From: an uncultured Candidatus Saccharibacteria bacterium
GTDB lineage: Bacteria; Patescibacteriota; UBA1384; DATEAH01; CAYPSR01
Reading direction: 5' to 3'
Length of the DNA stretch: 57,164 nt
Assembly: GCA_964448035.1 (NCBI GenBank)
Contig: CAYUUY010000001.1
Span: 1-57,164, forward strand
The position numbers and the translations under genes were made by a program. Below are positions 18,360 through 26,568 of the stretch, piece by piece. Each line of letters opens with the position of its first letter. The stretch's first letter is position 1. Under the pieces are notes generated by a model. That model did not search any database. It was not told where the DNA came from and was given only the letters and a program-made list of their open reading frames with translations.

Positions 18360-19200
18360 TGAACATAAACTAATACATGCTCATGTGTATGAACCGCACA
18401 GAGCTTTATTTAAAAGTAATAAAAACGATCGATCTCAATGTCAAACTGTCTCTTGTCATAATTCTGAAAATTGTGATTTATTTAAACGAAAAGAATGCTC
18501 TTGGATAGGTGCATATGGATATAGTAGATGTCCTTATGGAACATATTCTAAAATAGACGGTTTCACTAGACGTGCAAGAAAGTATTATAGTTGGTTAAGT
18601 GATAAAAAAGATTTATATAAGGACGTATTAGATGCACTTAGACAAGCAAGTGACGTTATGGCTATTATAGGTGATTTTATATATCTTCCGTACTCATTTA
18701 TGACAATGAATGATGATATTCCATTTAAAGAGAAGGGTGGATTTTTTGCAAAAGGATGTTGTTTTCTAAATAAAGAATTTTTTAATATTGATACTGTTGT
18801 AAAAATATGTACCTTTAGACCACAAGCTATGATGGGTGGAGAAATAAAATCATATCAAAAAGAAGAAGTTCCAAAATTTGTCAAGCATTTATCTGAACAA
18901 TTTCCTGACTTATATAAAGAACTTTGTAATAGATTAGAAAACATATCCAATATTTCTTTGACTAATGTTGGAAGAGAAGCATACCTAAATACATTAAAAT
19001 TTGATGTTGGAGAATTTAAAGATATTCATGGTGCTACATGGCAATGGGATGGTAAATATTTGATTTCAAATAATAGTCATGCCAGTTTTATGCTTATTTC
19101 AAAATTTGATGAATTACGATTGATACCAAGAGAAGATGTGACTGTTAAAATAACGGATGATAATCAAGTGTCAGACAAAACAATTTTTTATAAAAGTTAA
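18349..19200 (+). CDS. hypothetical protein (Cys-rich N-terminus)
   Basis: Start moved to 'MKNNEHK' (18349), because the track start 18241 overlaps the zinc-ribbon ORF; 'CQTVSCHNSENCDLFKRKEC'. Confidence 0.55.
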   Translation: MKNNEHKLIHAHVYEPHRALFKSNKNDRSQCQTVSCHNSENCDLFKRKECSWIGAYGYSRCPYGTYSKIDGFTRRARKYYSWLSDKKDLYKDVLDALRQASDVMAIIGDFIYLPYSFMTMNDDIPFKEKGGFFAKGCCFLNKEFFNIDTVVKICTFRPQAMMGGEIKSYQKEEVPKFVKHLSEQFPDLYKELCNRLENISNISLTNVGREAYLNTLKFDVGEFKDIHGATWQWDGKYLISNNSHASFMLISKFDELRLIPREDVTVKITDDNQVSDKTIFYKS

Positions 19201-19224
19201 AATGTAAAGAAAGGTGCTATATTA

Positions 19225-19374
19225 ATGTTACTATGTAATATAAAAAATAAATATATTAGGAAATTCAAAATAATTTTATATTTTATTCCTTCATTAATAG
19301 CTGTTACGATAATAAATATAATAAAATATGACGAATTTATGAATGCAGTTAAACATGCATGGGAAGGAAAATAA
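19225..19374 (+). CDS. small membrane protein (49 aa)
   Basis: One hydrophobic segment 'IILYFIPSLIAVTIINII'; translated by hand. Confidence 0.3.
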   Translation: MLLCNIKNKYIRKFKIILYFIPSLIAVTIINIIKYDEFMNAVKHAWEGK

Positions 19375-19379
19375 ATATA

Positions 19380-19517
19380 ATGGTCGATTGTAACGACTGT
19401 AAACATCTAGATACTGAAAGATGCGGTGATTGTTCAGTTAGTTATGACATGCAATGCTCTTGTCATATAAATTCCCCATGCAGTTTTTGTATAAGTTGTA
19501 AATTTGAGGAAAAATAA
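19380..19517 (+). CDS. small Cys-rich protein (45 aa, 10 Cys)
   Basis: 'CNDC...CGDC...CSC...CSFCISC'; TAATG coupling to the Rad50 C-half. Confidence 0.4.
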   Translation: MVDCNDCKHLDTERCGDCSVSYDMQCSCHINSPCSFCISCKFEEK

Positions 19518-20119
19518 TGAATATTAAAGAATTAGAAAATAAAATAGAATCTTTTACATCTGAAGTGGATAGATTGAAGGGTAAACTATCTACTCTTGAG
19601 GATCAGTTTGTTGAATCACAAGAACGATTTGATAATTTAAAAATTGAAAAAGAATTAAATAGTAAAGCAGTTGAAGTTCTTACATTAGTACAGGATTCAA
19701 CAAAAACATTAATTATTAATATGTTTGAATCGCTGGTAACACACGCTTTGCAATTTATCCATCAGTCAGACGAATACAAGTTTGAATTGGATTTTGGCAG
19801 AAGAGGAAATTTACCAGAATTATCATTTAACATTTTAACACCAGGTATGCAAGAACCACACGATATTATGACCACAAGAGGCGGCGGGACTTGTGACACA
19901 ACATCGTTAGCATTAAGAGAAGTTTTATTAGAAGTATCAAAGACAAATGGGTTTTTGTTTCTCGACGAGCCATTCAAACATTTAGATAATGACGAAACCG
20001 TAATGAAGGGTATGGAATTTATTAAAGAAATACAGAAAAAAACGGGCAGACAGATTATGATAATAACCCATAAAACAATAATCGCTGACAACGAGGAAGG
20101 TGTTGTATGGATCAAGTAA
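19517..20119 (+). CDS. Rad50/SbcC-like ATPase, C-terminal half (signature, Walker B, H-loop)
   Basis: Short coiled coil, then 'RGGGTCDTTSLALR' (signature-like), 'FLFLDEPFKHLD' (Walker B/D-loop), 'IMIITHK' (H-loop). Confidence 0.75.
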   Translation: MNIKELENKIESFTSEVDRLKGKLSTLEDQFVESQERFDNLKIEKELNSKAVEVLTLVQDSTKTLIINMFESLVTHALQFIHQSDEYKFELDFGRRGNLPELSFNILTPGMQEPHDIMTTRGGGTCDTTSLALREVLLEVSKTNGFLFLDEPFKHLDNDETVMKGMEFIKEIQKKTGRQIMIITHKTIIADNEEGVVWIK

Positions 20120-20889
20120 AAAAATGTGTTATATTGGGTGCAGGTCAATCGATGCAAGAAGGAATTGAAAAAGGTCTTTGGACTAAACTAGATAATATTG
20201 CTACGTTTGGTATTAACGAAGCTTTTCAATTTTTTAATCCCACATTGATAACATTTGTGGATTGGACATTTTATCGTGATAGATTTGATAAAATAAAAAA
20301 TTATCCATTAGTTATTGGAATTAATAATCCCGCCATAGGGTTTTGGTATACAGACAGAAAACGAGGAAGTTATCAAAAATGTGCTAAAGGTGACACTCTA
20401 GTAATGGTTAATGGAAGTTCGGAATATTTTGGAAAGGAATCATTAAAAAAAGGATGTTATACTGGAGTATTAGCTGGACTATTTACAACAACACTAGCAA
20501 TGGCATTAGGATATAACGAAATTTATTTGCTTGGCTGTGACATGGGCCAGAAAGATGGTAAAACCCATTTTTATCAAAATAACAATAAAGGAATTGGCAA
20601 TTTTACAGACGAAAATAATGTTGAAAGAACAGGAGTAGGATTTAACGTATGTGGACATTTTTCTACTGGAGTTTATAATAATACAGATGCATATATTCAA
20701 GATTTTTGGAAACCATATTTGACAGATACTGATGTTAAAATATATAATGTGTCAATGAATTCACGCATTGATACATTTGAAAAAATAACTTATGATGAGT
20801 TTTTTAAAAATATAGAAAACGAGGAAAAACTTGATCAAAATAAAGTTAGAGAACAAATTCGTATCAAAATTAAAACTGATTCCGATTAA
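20107..20889 (+). CDS. DUF115/MptE-like (Maf / GT42 sialyltransferase-like) glycosyltransferase, intein-free paralog
   Basis: 'CVILGAGQSM' (GNGPSL-like N-terminus), 'YTGVLAGLFTTTLAMALGYNEIYLLGCDMG' resembling the '...TSG...ALGYKEIYLSGIDFY' region I recall from Campylobacter Cst-II. Confidence 0.5.
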   Translation: MDQVKKCVILGAGQSMQEGIEKGLWTKLDNIATFGINEAFQFFNPTLITFVDWTFYRDRFDKIKNYPLVIGINNPAIGFWYTDRKRGSYQKCAKGDTLVMVNGSSEYFGKESLKKGCYTGVLAGLFTTTLAMALGYNEIYLLGCDMGQKDGKTHFYQNNNKGIGNFTDENNVERTGVGFNVCGHFSTGVYNNTDAYIQDFWKPYLTDTDVKIYNVSMNSRIDTFEKITYDEFFKNIENEEKLDQNKVREQIRIKIKTDSD

Positions 20890-21029
20890 AACATATATTG
20901 AAAAATTTCTAGGGATTATAAATGTTATGGTTGTTATCTTTAATATAATATTATTGTTTCTTTTCTTATGTGGGATCAGTCTCAAAATTGGCATTCATAA
21001 ATATTGGTATAAACTGTTTGGATATAAAA

Positions 21030-22991
21030 ATGAGTAAAATAAAAAATATTTTAAATGATGGTTTTTATGATGTATTTGGTGAATTAATAAATCAAAATTT
21101 CATAGATATTTATATAACTAAATGCATGAATCAATTAAAAGGAATAAAAGAACAAACAAGTTCACAAGAAATTCCTATTACATCATACCCAATTGCAAAA
21201 TATGAATTGTTACAAAACAAAAAAGGACTATATGTAAAAACAGTACCCGTTAATTATAATCCATGTTTTGTTGTAGCCGGTGGCCCTTCCTTAAAAAACT
21301 TTAATTTTGATTTATTAAAACATAAAACTACTTTTGTATCAAATAAATCCATTTTTGATGTTCCAAATACTAACTATTTTGTTACGACGGATTATACTTT
21401 TTTGAGTTATCTTAAAAAGAATAATCTATATAATAAATGGCGAAGTAATAAAGCAGAAAAATATTTTGTTGCTAACTGTATATCGGATACAATACAAAAC
21501 ATAAATGGACAAATAACTGATACAAAATATAATCTAACTTACGATTTACAGGATTTTGATAAGATAGTTATTTGTAAATCGGCAAAAAACGTGGGTTTTG
21601 ATTTTGACAATTTTAATAGTGGATATAATTCGGGTTTTTGTTTTGATGATAAAACGCAGATTCTTACTAAAAGAGGATGGAAATATTTTAAAAATTTAAA
21701 ACATAATGACACTGTATTAAGTTTAGACCCAAAAACCCAAATAGCGGATTATTATCCTATTTCAGACATTCAATGTTTTGATTATAGTGGTGATTTATAT
21801 TGTAAATCTGTATCAAGAGGACATCAAACCGATTTTGCAGTTACACCAGATCATTCTATGTTTGTTTATAGTAGAGATAGAAAAAAATATGAATTTAAAC
21901 CAGCAAAATTTTTTAATGACCACCCTAAAAATGACCATTACACATTAAAAACCGATTTTAAATGGGTAGGAAAACACGCTGATTATATTAAAATAAACGG
22001 AAAACAATATACTGGTTGGGGAAATTATAAAAAAATTCAATACAAAATAAAATCCGAAATATTTATGCAGTTTTTAGGATGGTATTTAAGCGATGGTAAC
22101 AATTATTGTGGTATAAATAGTTGGGGAGAAACATACAGAATTACTATTTATCAAAGTAAAAAATCTAAACACCTTGATGAAATTAGGTCTATTCTGTCAC
22201 AATTACCATTCAAATATGTAGAATCAGAAAATAAAAATATGCTTTCTTTTCGTATAACAAACAATGTGCTAGGAAAATATATAAAAAAACATTGTGGAGG
22301 ATCTGGTGTGTCCAAAAAAATACCCAATTATCTGAAATTTTTAACACCAGATCTAATTCATTTATTTTTAATGGCATATATGAATGGTGATGGAACTAAA
22401 GTGAAAACTGGCTATACTGTTTCCACGATAAGTAAAAAAATAGGATATGGAATGCTGGAATTGTTTTTAAAAGCAGGATACAAAAGAGTAAATTGCACAC
22501 GTGTAAAAAATAAAAAACACAGAGTTTTTCCTGGTGGGTTTAAAGCAAATTTAAAAAAACATAACTATGTAGTGCACGCAACAAATAATACTACAGAAGA
22601 ACGATTGATATTTAATCCAGATACTATATCTTATAGTGGTAAGGTATACGATGTAACCGTTGAACCACACCATACCATTTTTGTTAAGAGAAACGGTATG
22701 CCATTTTGGTCAGGAAATTGTTCATTTCAAATGGCATTAATAATGGGTTATAATCCAATTTATTTATTGGGATTTGATATGAATTGTGATCAAAAAGATA
22801 CCCATTATCATGACGGATACGGAAAAAGCAAAGAAAAAATGGATCAAAATCTTCTAAATTATTCAACACATTTTAAACATATATTACAAAAATTAAGAAT
22901 AGATAGACCAAATTTGCAAATTATTAGTTGCTCAAAAACAAGCATTTTAAATAAAATAATAGATTATAAAGATATAAAGGATGTTTTATGA
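21030..22991 (+). CDS. DUF115/GT42-like glycosyltransferase precursor containing one intein
   Basis: 'FVVAGGPSLKN' N-terminal motif. Exteins rejoin as 'GYNSGF|CSFQMALIMGYNPIYLLGFDMN', paralogous to 20107-20889. Start taken at 'MSKIKNIL' (track start 20970). Confidence 0.6.
   Translation: MSKIKNILNDGFYDVFGELINQNFIDIYITKCMNQLKGIKEQTSSQEIPITSYPIAKYELLQNKKGLYVKTVPVNYNPCFVVAGGPSLKNFNFDLLKHKTTFVSNKSIFDVPNTNYFVTTDYTFLSYLKKNNLYNKWRSNKAEKYFVANCISDTIQNINGQITDTKYNLTYDLQDFDKIVICKSAKNVGFDFDNFNSGYNSGFCFDDKTQILTKRGWKYFKNLKHNDTVLSLDPKTQIADYYPISDIQCFDYSGDLYCKSVSRGHQTDFAVTPDHSMFVYSRDRKKYEFKPAKFFNDHPKNDHYTLKTDFKWVGKHADYIKINGKQYTGWGNYKKIQYKIKSEIFMQFLGWYLSDGNNYCGINSWGETYRITIYQSKKSKHLDEIRSILSQLPFKYVESENKNMLSFRITNNVLGKYIKKHCGGSGVSKKIPNYLKFLTPDLIHLFLMAYMNGDGTKVKTGYTVSTISKKIGYGMLELFLKAGYKRVNCTRVKNKKHRVFPGGFKANLKKHNYVVHATNNTTEERLIFNPDTISYSGKVYDVTVEPHHTIFVKRNGMPFWSGNCSFQMALIMGYNPIYLLGFDMNCDQKDTHYHDGYGKSKEKMDQNLLNYSTHFKHILQKLRIDRPNLQIISCSKTSILNKIIDYKDIKDVL
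21639..22718 (+). mobile_element. Intein (360 aa) with LAGLIDADG homing endonuclease in a DUF115/GT42-like gene
   Basis: 'CFDDKTQILTKRGW' N-terminus, 'TPDH' block B, 'FLGWYLSDGN' and 'FLMAYMNGDGT' LAGLIDADG motifs, 'VYDVTVEPHHTIFVKRNGMPFWSGN' then +1 Cys. Confidence 0.8.
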
Positions 22992-23128
22992 AAGTTAAAG
23001 ATTTGATTTGGGAATTACAACAAATACATAATCAAGAAAAAGAAGTGGCTTTTGGTAATTCTAACGCTAATGAGTCTTTTATACATAGTGTTGTTGAAAC
23101 AGAATTTAGGGTTTATATTAAAGATTAA
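22988..23128 (+). CDS. small hypothetical protein (46 aa)
   Basis: ATGA coupling with the upstream gene; translated by hand. Confidence 0.35.
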   Translation: MKVKDLIWELQQIHNQEKEVAFGNSNANESFIHSVVETEFRVYIKD

Positions 23129-23149
23129 TTGTAAGGAAAGGAACAAATA

Positions 23150-23830
23150 ATGAGTGAAAAAATTTCGATTTTAATTCCTGTTTATAACAGGGAAGGTTTT
23201 ATTGAACGAGCAATAAATAGTAGTTTAAATCAAACATATAAGAATTTACAAATTCTTGTTTATGATGACGGATCGAATGATAAAACCAGAGAAATTGTGA
23301 TTGATATAGCACAAAAGGATAATCGTGTAAAATTGTTTTGTAATACACCAACAAAAAACGAAGGAGTAGGAAAGGCCCGAAATTTGTTATTAAAATTTTG
23401 CGATACAAAGTATGCTATATGGCAAGATAGTGACGACATTTCTGCACCAACACGAATCGAAGAACAATTAAAAGAGATGACTGAAGACAAAATGGTTTAT
23501 TGTACGTGGGAAAATTTTAAGACTAAAGTGCCAGGAACAACAAGAGGGTTTGCAACTCTTATGTTTCCAGTAAACAAGGGTGTTCTTTTTCCTGAAGATA
23601 TGAAGTTTGGCGGGGAAGATCAATGTTGGAGAGATGAAATGGAAAAGATTTATCCTACATCCGATGTAAATCAAGTTCTTTATTCAATAGATTTTCACGG
23701 AAACCGAATAGGAACGTGGAAACGAAAGATTGACAAAAATTGGAACGGAAAATACGATTTGAATGATATTAAAGACTTGTCATATGAAGATGCAATAAAA
23801 AAATATATGAACGAATATCAAACCAAATAA
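23150..23830 (+). CDS. Family 2 glycosyltransferase (GT-A)
   Basis: 'ISILIPVYNREGFIERAINSSLNQTY', 'YDDGSNDKT', 'QDSDD' DxD motif. Confidence 0.8.
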   Translation: MSEKISILIPVYNREGFIERAINSSLNQTYKNLQILVYDDGSNDKTREIVIDIAQKDNRVKLFCNTPTKNEGVGKARNLLLKFCDTKYAIWQDSDDISAPTRIEEQLKEMTEDKMVYCTWENFKTKVPGTTRGFATLMFPVNKGVLFPEDMKFGGEDQCWRDEMEKIYPTSDVNQVLYSIDFHGNRIGTWKRKIDKNWNGKYDLNDIKDLSYEDAIKKYMNEYQTK

Positions 23831-23839
23831 AGGAAATAT

Positions 23840-24463
23840 ATGACTCCAGAACTTTTGCTATTCTATCAAAAACTTGTTAATAAACAAAATTTCTCCCTTG
23901 TCCGTTTTGGTGATGGAGAACATAACATTATGGACAATGTTGCATGTAATCGAAAAGGTTTTGATTTTGATCCTAAAGATGCTAGAGATCAAGAATTTAA
24001 AAGAGATTTACGTGAAGCATTTAAATTTAAAAGTCCACGATATTATAAAGGGCTGGATTACACGAATATAGAAGAAAACATAGTTTATGCTTGTCTTTTT
24101 GTTAATAATAGTTATTTAGATTTTTTGGACAATTTCTCACCTCTTTTTGAAAACTGTATTTTTGTTGGTAATGAATTAGGAATGGATTGGCAATTGCCAT
24201 TTAAACCACAAAAATATATTAGAATTAAAGAAAACGCTTGGAAGGACTATAATTCTAATTTATTAAATCTTTTTTTATCTAATTATTTAACCAATAAGAA
24301 TAATGAAATTGTATTAGTTGCAGGTGGCCCCATGAGTAATGTTTTAATTTATAAATTATATAAAAATAATCCTAATAATACTTATATAAATGTTGGAAGT
24401 GTATTTGATCCTCACATTTTTGGTTTTCTTACTCGCAAATATCAAGAAAGGTTATGTACATGA
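23840..24463 (+). CDS. GT-D-like (DUF1792-type) glycosyltransferase
   Basis: N-terminal 'SLVRFGDGEHNIM' resembles the DUF1792 'RxGDGE' signature; located between GT2 and HAD genes. Confidence 0.45.
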   Translation: MTPELLLFYQKLVNKQNFSLVRFGDGEHNIMDNVACNRKGFDFDPKDARDQEFKRDLREAFKFKSPRYYKGLDYTNIEENIVYACLFVNNSYLDFLDNFSPLFENCIFVGNELGMDWQLPFKPQKYIRIKENAWKDYNSNLLNLFLSNYLTNKNNEIVLVAGGPMSNVLIYKLYKNNPNNTYINVGSVFDPHIFGFLTRKYQERLCT

Positions 24464-24843
24464 AATACAAAGGATATTTAGCATTTGATTTTGATGGTGT
24501 AATAGCATCATATAATAGACCTTTTATTATAGATAAATTGGGTAAACCACAAAAATCTGTAATAGAAACAATTCGTTATTTTTACGACCAAGGATATTAT
24601 ATACTAATTTTTACTGGACGATTAGAAACTGTCAAATTTACAAAATGGTTAGAAAAAAATAATGTACCTTATCATGGTGTAAATGTACAACCAAGCAATA
24701 TGGCTGGAACAAATAATGATAAACCTTTTTATAATGTAATTATAGACGATAAGGCTGTTAATTTTCATTGGGAAAACAACCATAAATCTAAAGATGAATT
24801 AATTAGTGAAATTGAAAGGAAGTTAGAATGGGCGAAGGAATAA
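24454..24843 (+). CDS. HAD-superfamily phosphatase-like protein
   Basis: Motif I 'AFDFDGVI', 'IFTGR', terminal 'IIDDKA'. Confidence 0.55.
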   Translation: MYMKYKGYLAFDFDGVIASYNRPFIIDKLGKPQKSVIETIRYFYDQGYYILIFTGRLETVKFTKWLEKNNVPYHGVNVQPSNMAGTNNDKPFYNVIIDDKAVNFHWENNHKSKDELISEIERKLEWAKE

Positions 24844-25529
24844 ATGATATCGTTGTGAGAGCATGTTTATCAACTAATTTTGGAGATAATCTTAACTCAG
24901 AGTTAGTTCGATTAATTTCTGGACAAACACCAAAATTGGTAAATAACAGATTTGGCAATCTAGAAAAAGAAACTATCTATATGGCAATAGGCAGTGTTCT
25001 TGGATGGGCTACTGAAGAAACTGAAGTCTGGGGAGCAGGATTTATTTCTGATTCAGATTTTGTTACAGATATACCAACGCCAAAAAGAATCCATGCCGTT
25101 AGAGGGCCAGAAACAAGAAATATTTTAATAACTAAAGGAATCAGATGTCCTGAAATATTTGGTGACCCCGCATTATTGATGCCCAGATTTTATAATCCAA
25201 AATTAGAAAAGAAATATAAAATATCAGTAATTCCACATGCAATTGATAGAGTATTAATTCCAGAATTAACCAAATCATTTCCTAATGCTCATTTTATTGA
25301 TGTAACACAAGATGTATATAAATTTATAGACGAGGTTATTAAATCAGAATATATTATTTCATCTGCCCTTCATGGGTGTATTACTGCGTATGCATATGGT
25401 GTTCCTTATGAACATCAAAAATTTTCAGACAAGGTCTTGGGAAATGGGTTCAAATTCGAAGATTTTGAAAAAAGCAAACAATATATTGATTTAGATAAAT
25501 TACTAAAAGTCTGTCCATTTGTTCAATAA
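24828..25529 (+). CDS. Polysaccharide pyruvyl transferase-like protein
   Basis: 'NFGDNLN', 'HAVRGPETR', 'GDPALL', 'ISSALHGCITAYAYGVP' match the PS_pyruv_trans pattern as I recall it. Confidence 0.55.
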   Translation: MGEGINDIVVRACLSTNFGDNLNSELVRLISGQTPKLVNNRFGNLEKETIYMAIGSVLGWATEETEVWGAGFISDSDFVTDIPTPKRIHAVRGPETRNILITKGIRCPEIFGDPALLMPRFYNPKLEKKYKISVIPHAIDRVLIPELTKSFPNAHFIDVTQDVYKFIDEVIKSEYIISSALHGCITAYAYGVPYEHQKFSDKVLGNGFKFEDFEKSKQYIDLDKLLKVCPFVQ

Positions 25530-25777
25530 TAACATTTGTTATTGTTGAAGCCGGAGACACAACTGGAAATTTTCTTAGAAACATAAATTTAAATTATATA
25601 ATAAACCAGAACTTGATTTATAACCTCTACAGGATATGTGTCTGTTTAGAAAGGAAAACAATGATAAAATATTTAAAAATATTATATGAATTTATTATAA
25701 ATTTTGATAATAATTGTTTTGGGCCATCTAAGAAAAGAAAAATTGATAAAGCTGCAAAAAATCCATTTATATAAAAA

Positions 25778-25807
25778 TTGACAAAAACAAAATAAATATG
25801 GTATAAT
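25778..25807 (+). promoter_or_regulatory. Sigma70-like promoter, copy 3 (TTGACA-N18-TATAAT, extended -10 TGG)
   Basis: ttgaca 25778-25783, tataat 25802-25807, in a 574-nt gap with no long ORF (small ORF 25661-25774 is listed under rejected); followed by GGAGG RBS and ATG 25830. Confidence 0.55.
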
Positions 25808-25829
25808 TATAATAAATGGAGGATTTATT

Positions 25830-25961
25830 ATGACAAAATATAAATCGGTATTAAGAATAGTTTGGAGTATAAAACAGGCTTCTTTATTTTTTAAAATTAA
25901 TTTTACATTGATTGTTTTTATAAAAACAATAAAGAAATGGATAAATAATGACTATCAATGA
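25830..25961 (+). CDS. small hypothetical protein (43 aa, partly hydrophobic)
   Basis: Strong GGAGG RBS 25817-25821; translated by hand. Confidence 0.4.
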   Translation: MTKYKSVLRIVWSIKQASLFFKINFTLIVFIKTIKKWINNDYQ

Positions 25962-26106
25962 AAGAGTAAAAATCGACAACACAATTTATTATGTTATTGC
26001 CCAAACAGATAACGAAGTTTGTGTATTACAAAATTTTGAATTTACAGACGGTATAACAAGACAACTCAAAATATGGACGCATAATTATGAAAGGGTAACT
26101 GAATGA
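25948..26106 (+). CDS. small hypothetical protein (52 aa)
   Basis: ATGA coupling to the 26103 gene; translated by hand. Confidence 0.4.
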   Translation: MTINERVKIDNTIYYVIAQTDNEVCVLQNFEFTDGITRQLKIWTHNYERVTE

Positions 26107-26567
26107 ACAGAAAAACACTAGAAAGAATATCTGTATTAGAAACTAGAATTTTCGAATTAGAGAATAATTTAAAGAAATATTTTATTCCTAATCAAGAGTT
26201 TAAGGAATTAAAAAATCGGTTAATTAATATTGTAAATGATATGAATTTTGATTATCCTTTTGAATTAGATGAGGGCAGTACATGTTTCAATTTTTATAAA
26301 TTAATAGACATGAAAGAAACAGTCATTGAGCATGGTAATGTGTATATCTTATTGACAGGTAGTCGTGTAGATAATGACTTAGCTTTATGGGATTTAAAAC
26401 AATTAAATCCAAATTATTATGATATCAATAATCTATTACTTTCTAATAATATAAAAAGATTATACGATAATAGAATAAACGCAGATGAGGCTTATTTGAT
26501 AGCATTAAATGATATAAACCAAACCGAAATACCAATTGAAAACATTGCAAAATTTGTTAGGAAATAA
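26103..26567 (+). CDS. hypothetical protein
   Basis: 154-aa ORF. Confidence 0.55.
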   Translation: MNRKTLERISVLETRIFELENNLKKYFIPNQEFKELKNRLINIVNDMNFDYPFELDEGSTCFNFYKLIDMKETVIEHGNVYILLTGSRVDNDLALWDLKQLNPNYYDINNLLLSNNIKRLYDNRINADEAYLIALNDINQTEIPIENIAKFVRK

Positions 26568-26568
26568 A

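Noticed and set aside
25530-25660. Inverted repeat AGACACA (about 25554) / TGTGTCT (about 25637), an AT-rich hairpin AATAAC-ATTT-GTTATT just after the pyruvyl transferase stop, and a 37-aa ORF at 25661-25774.
   Set aside because: The stems are short, AT-rich or separated by about 70 nt with little supporting internal pairing. The small ORF has only a weak RBS. The evidence is not enough to call a terminator, riboswitch or gene.
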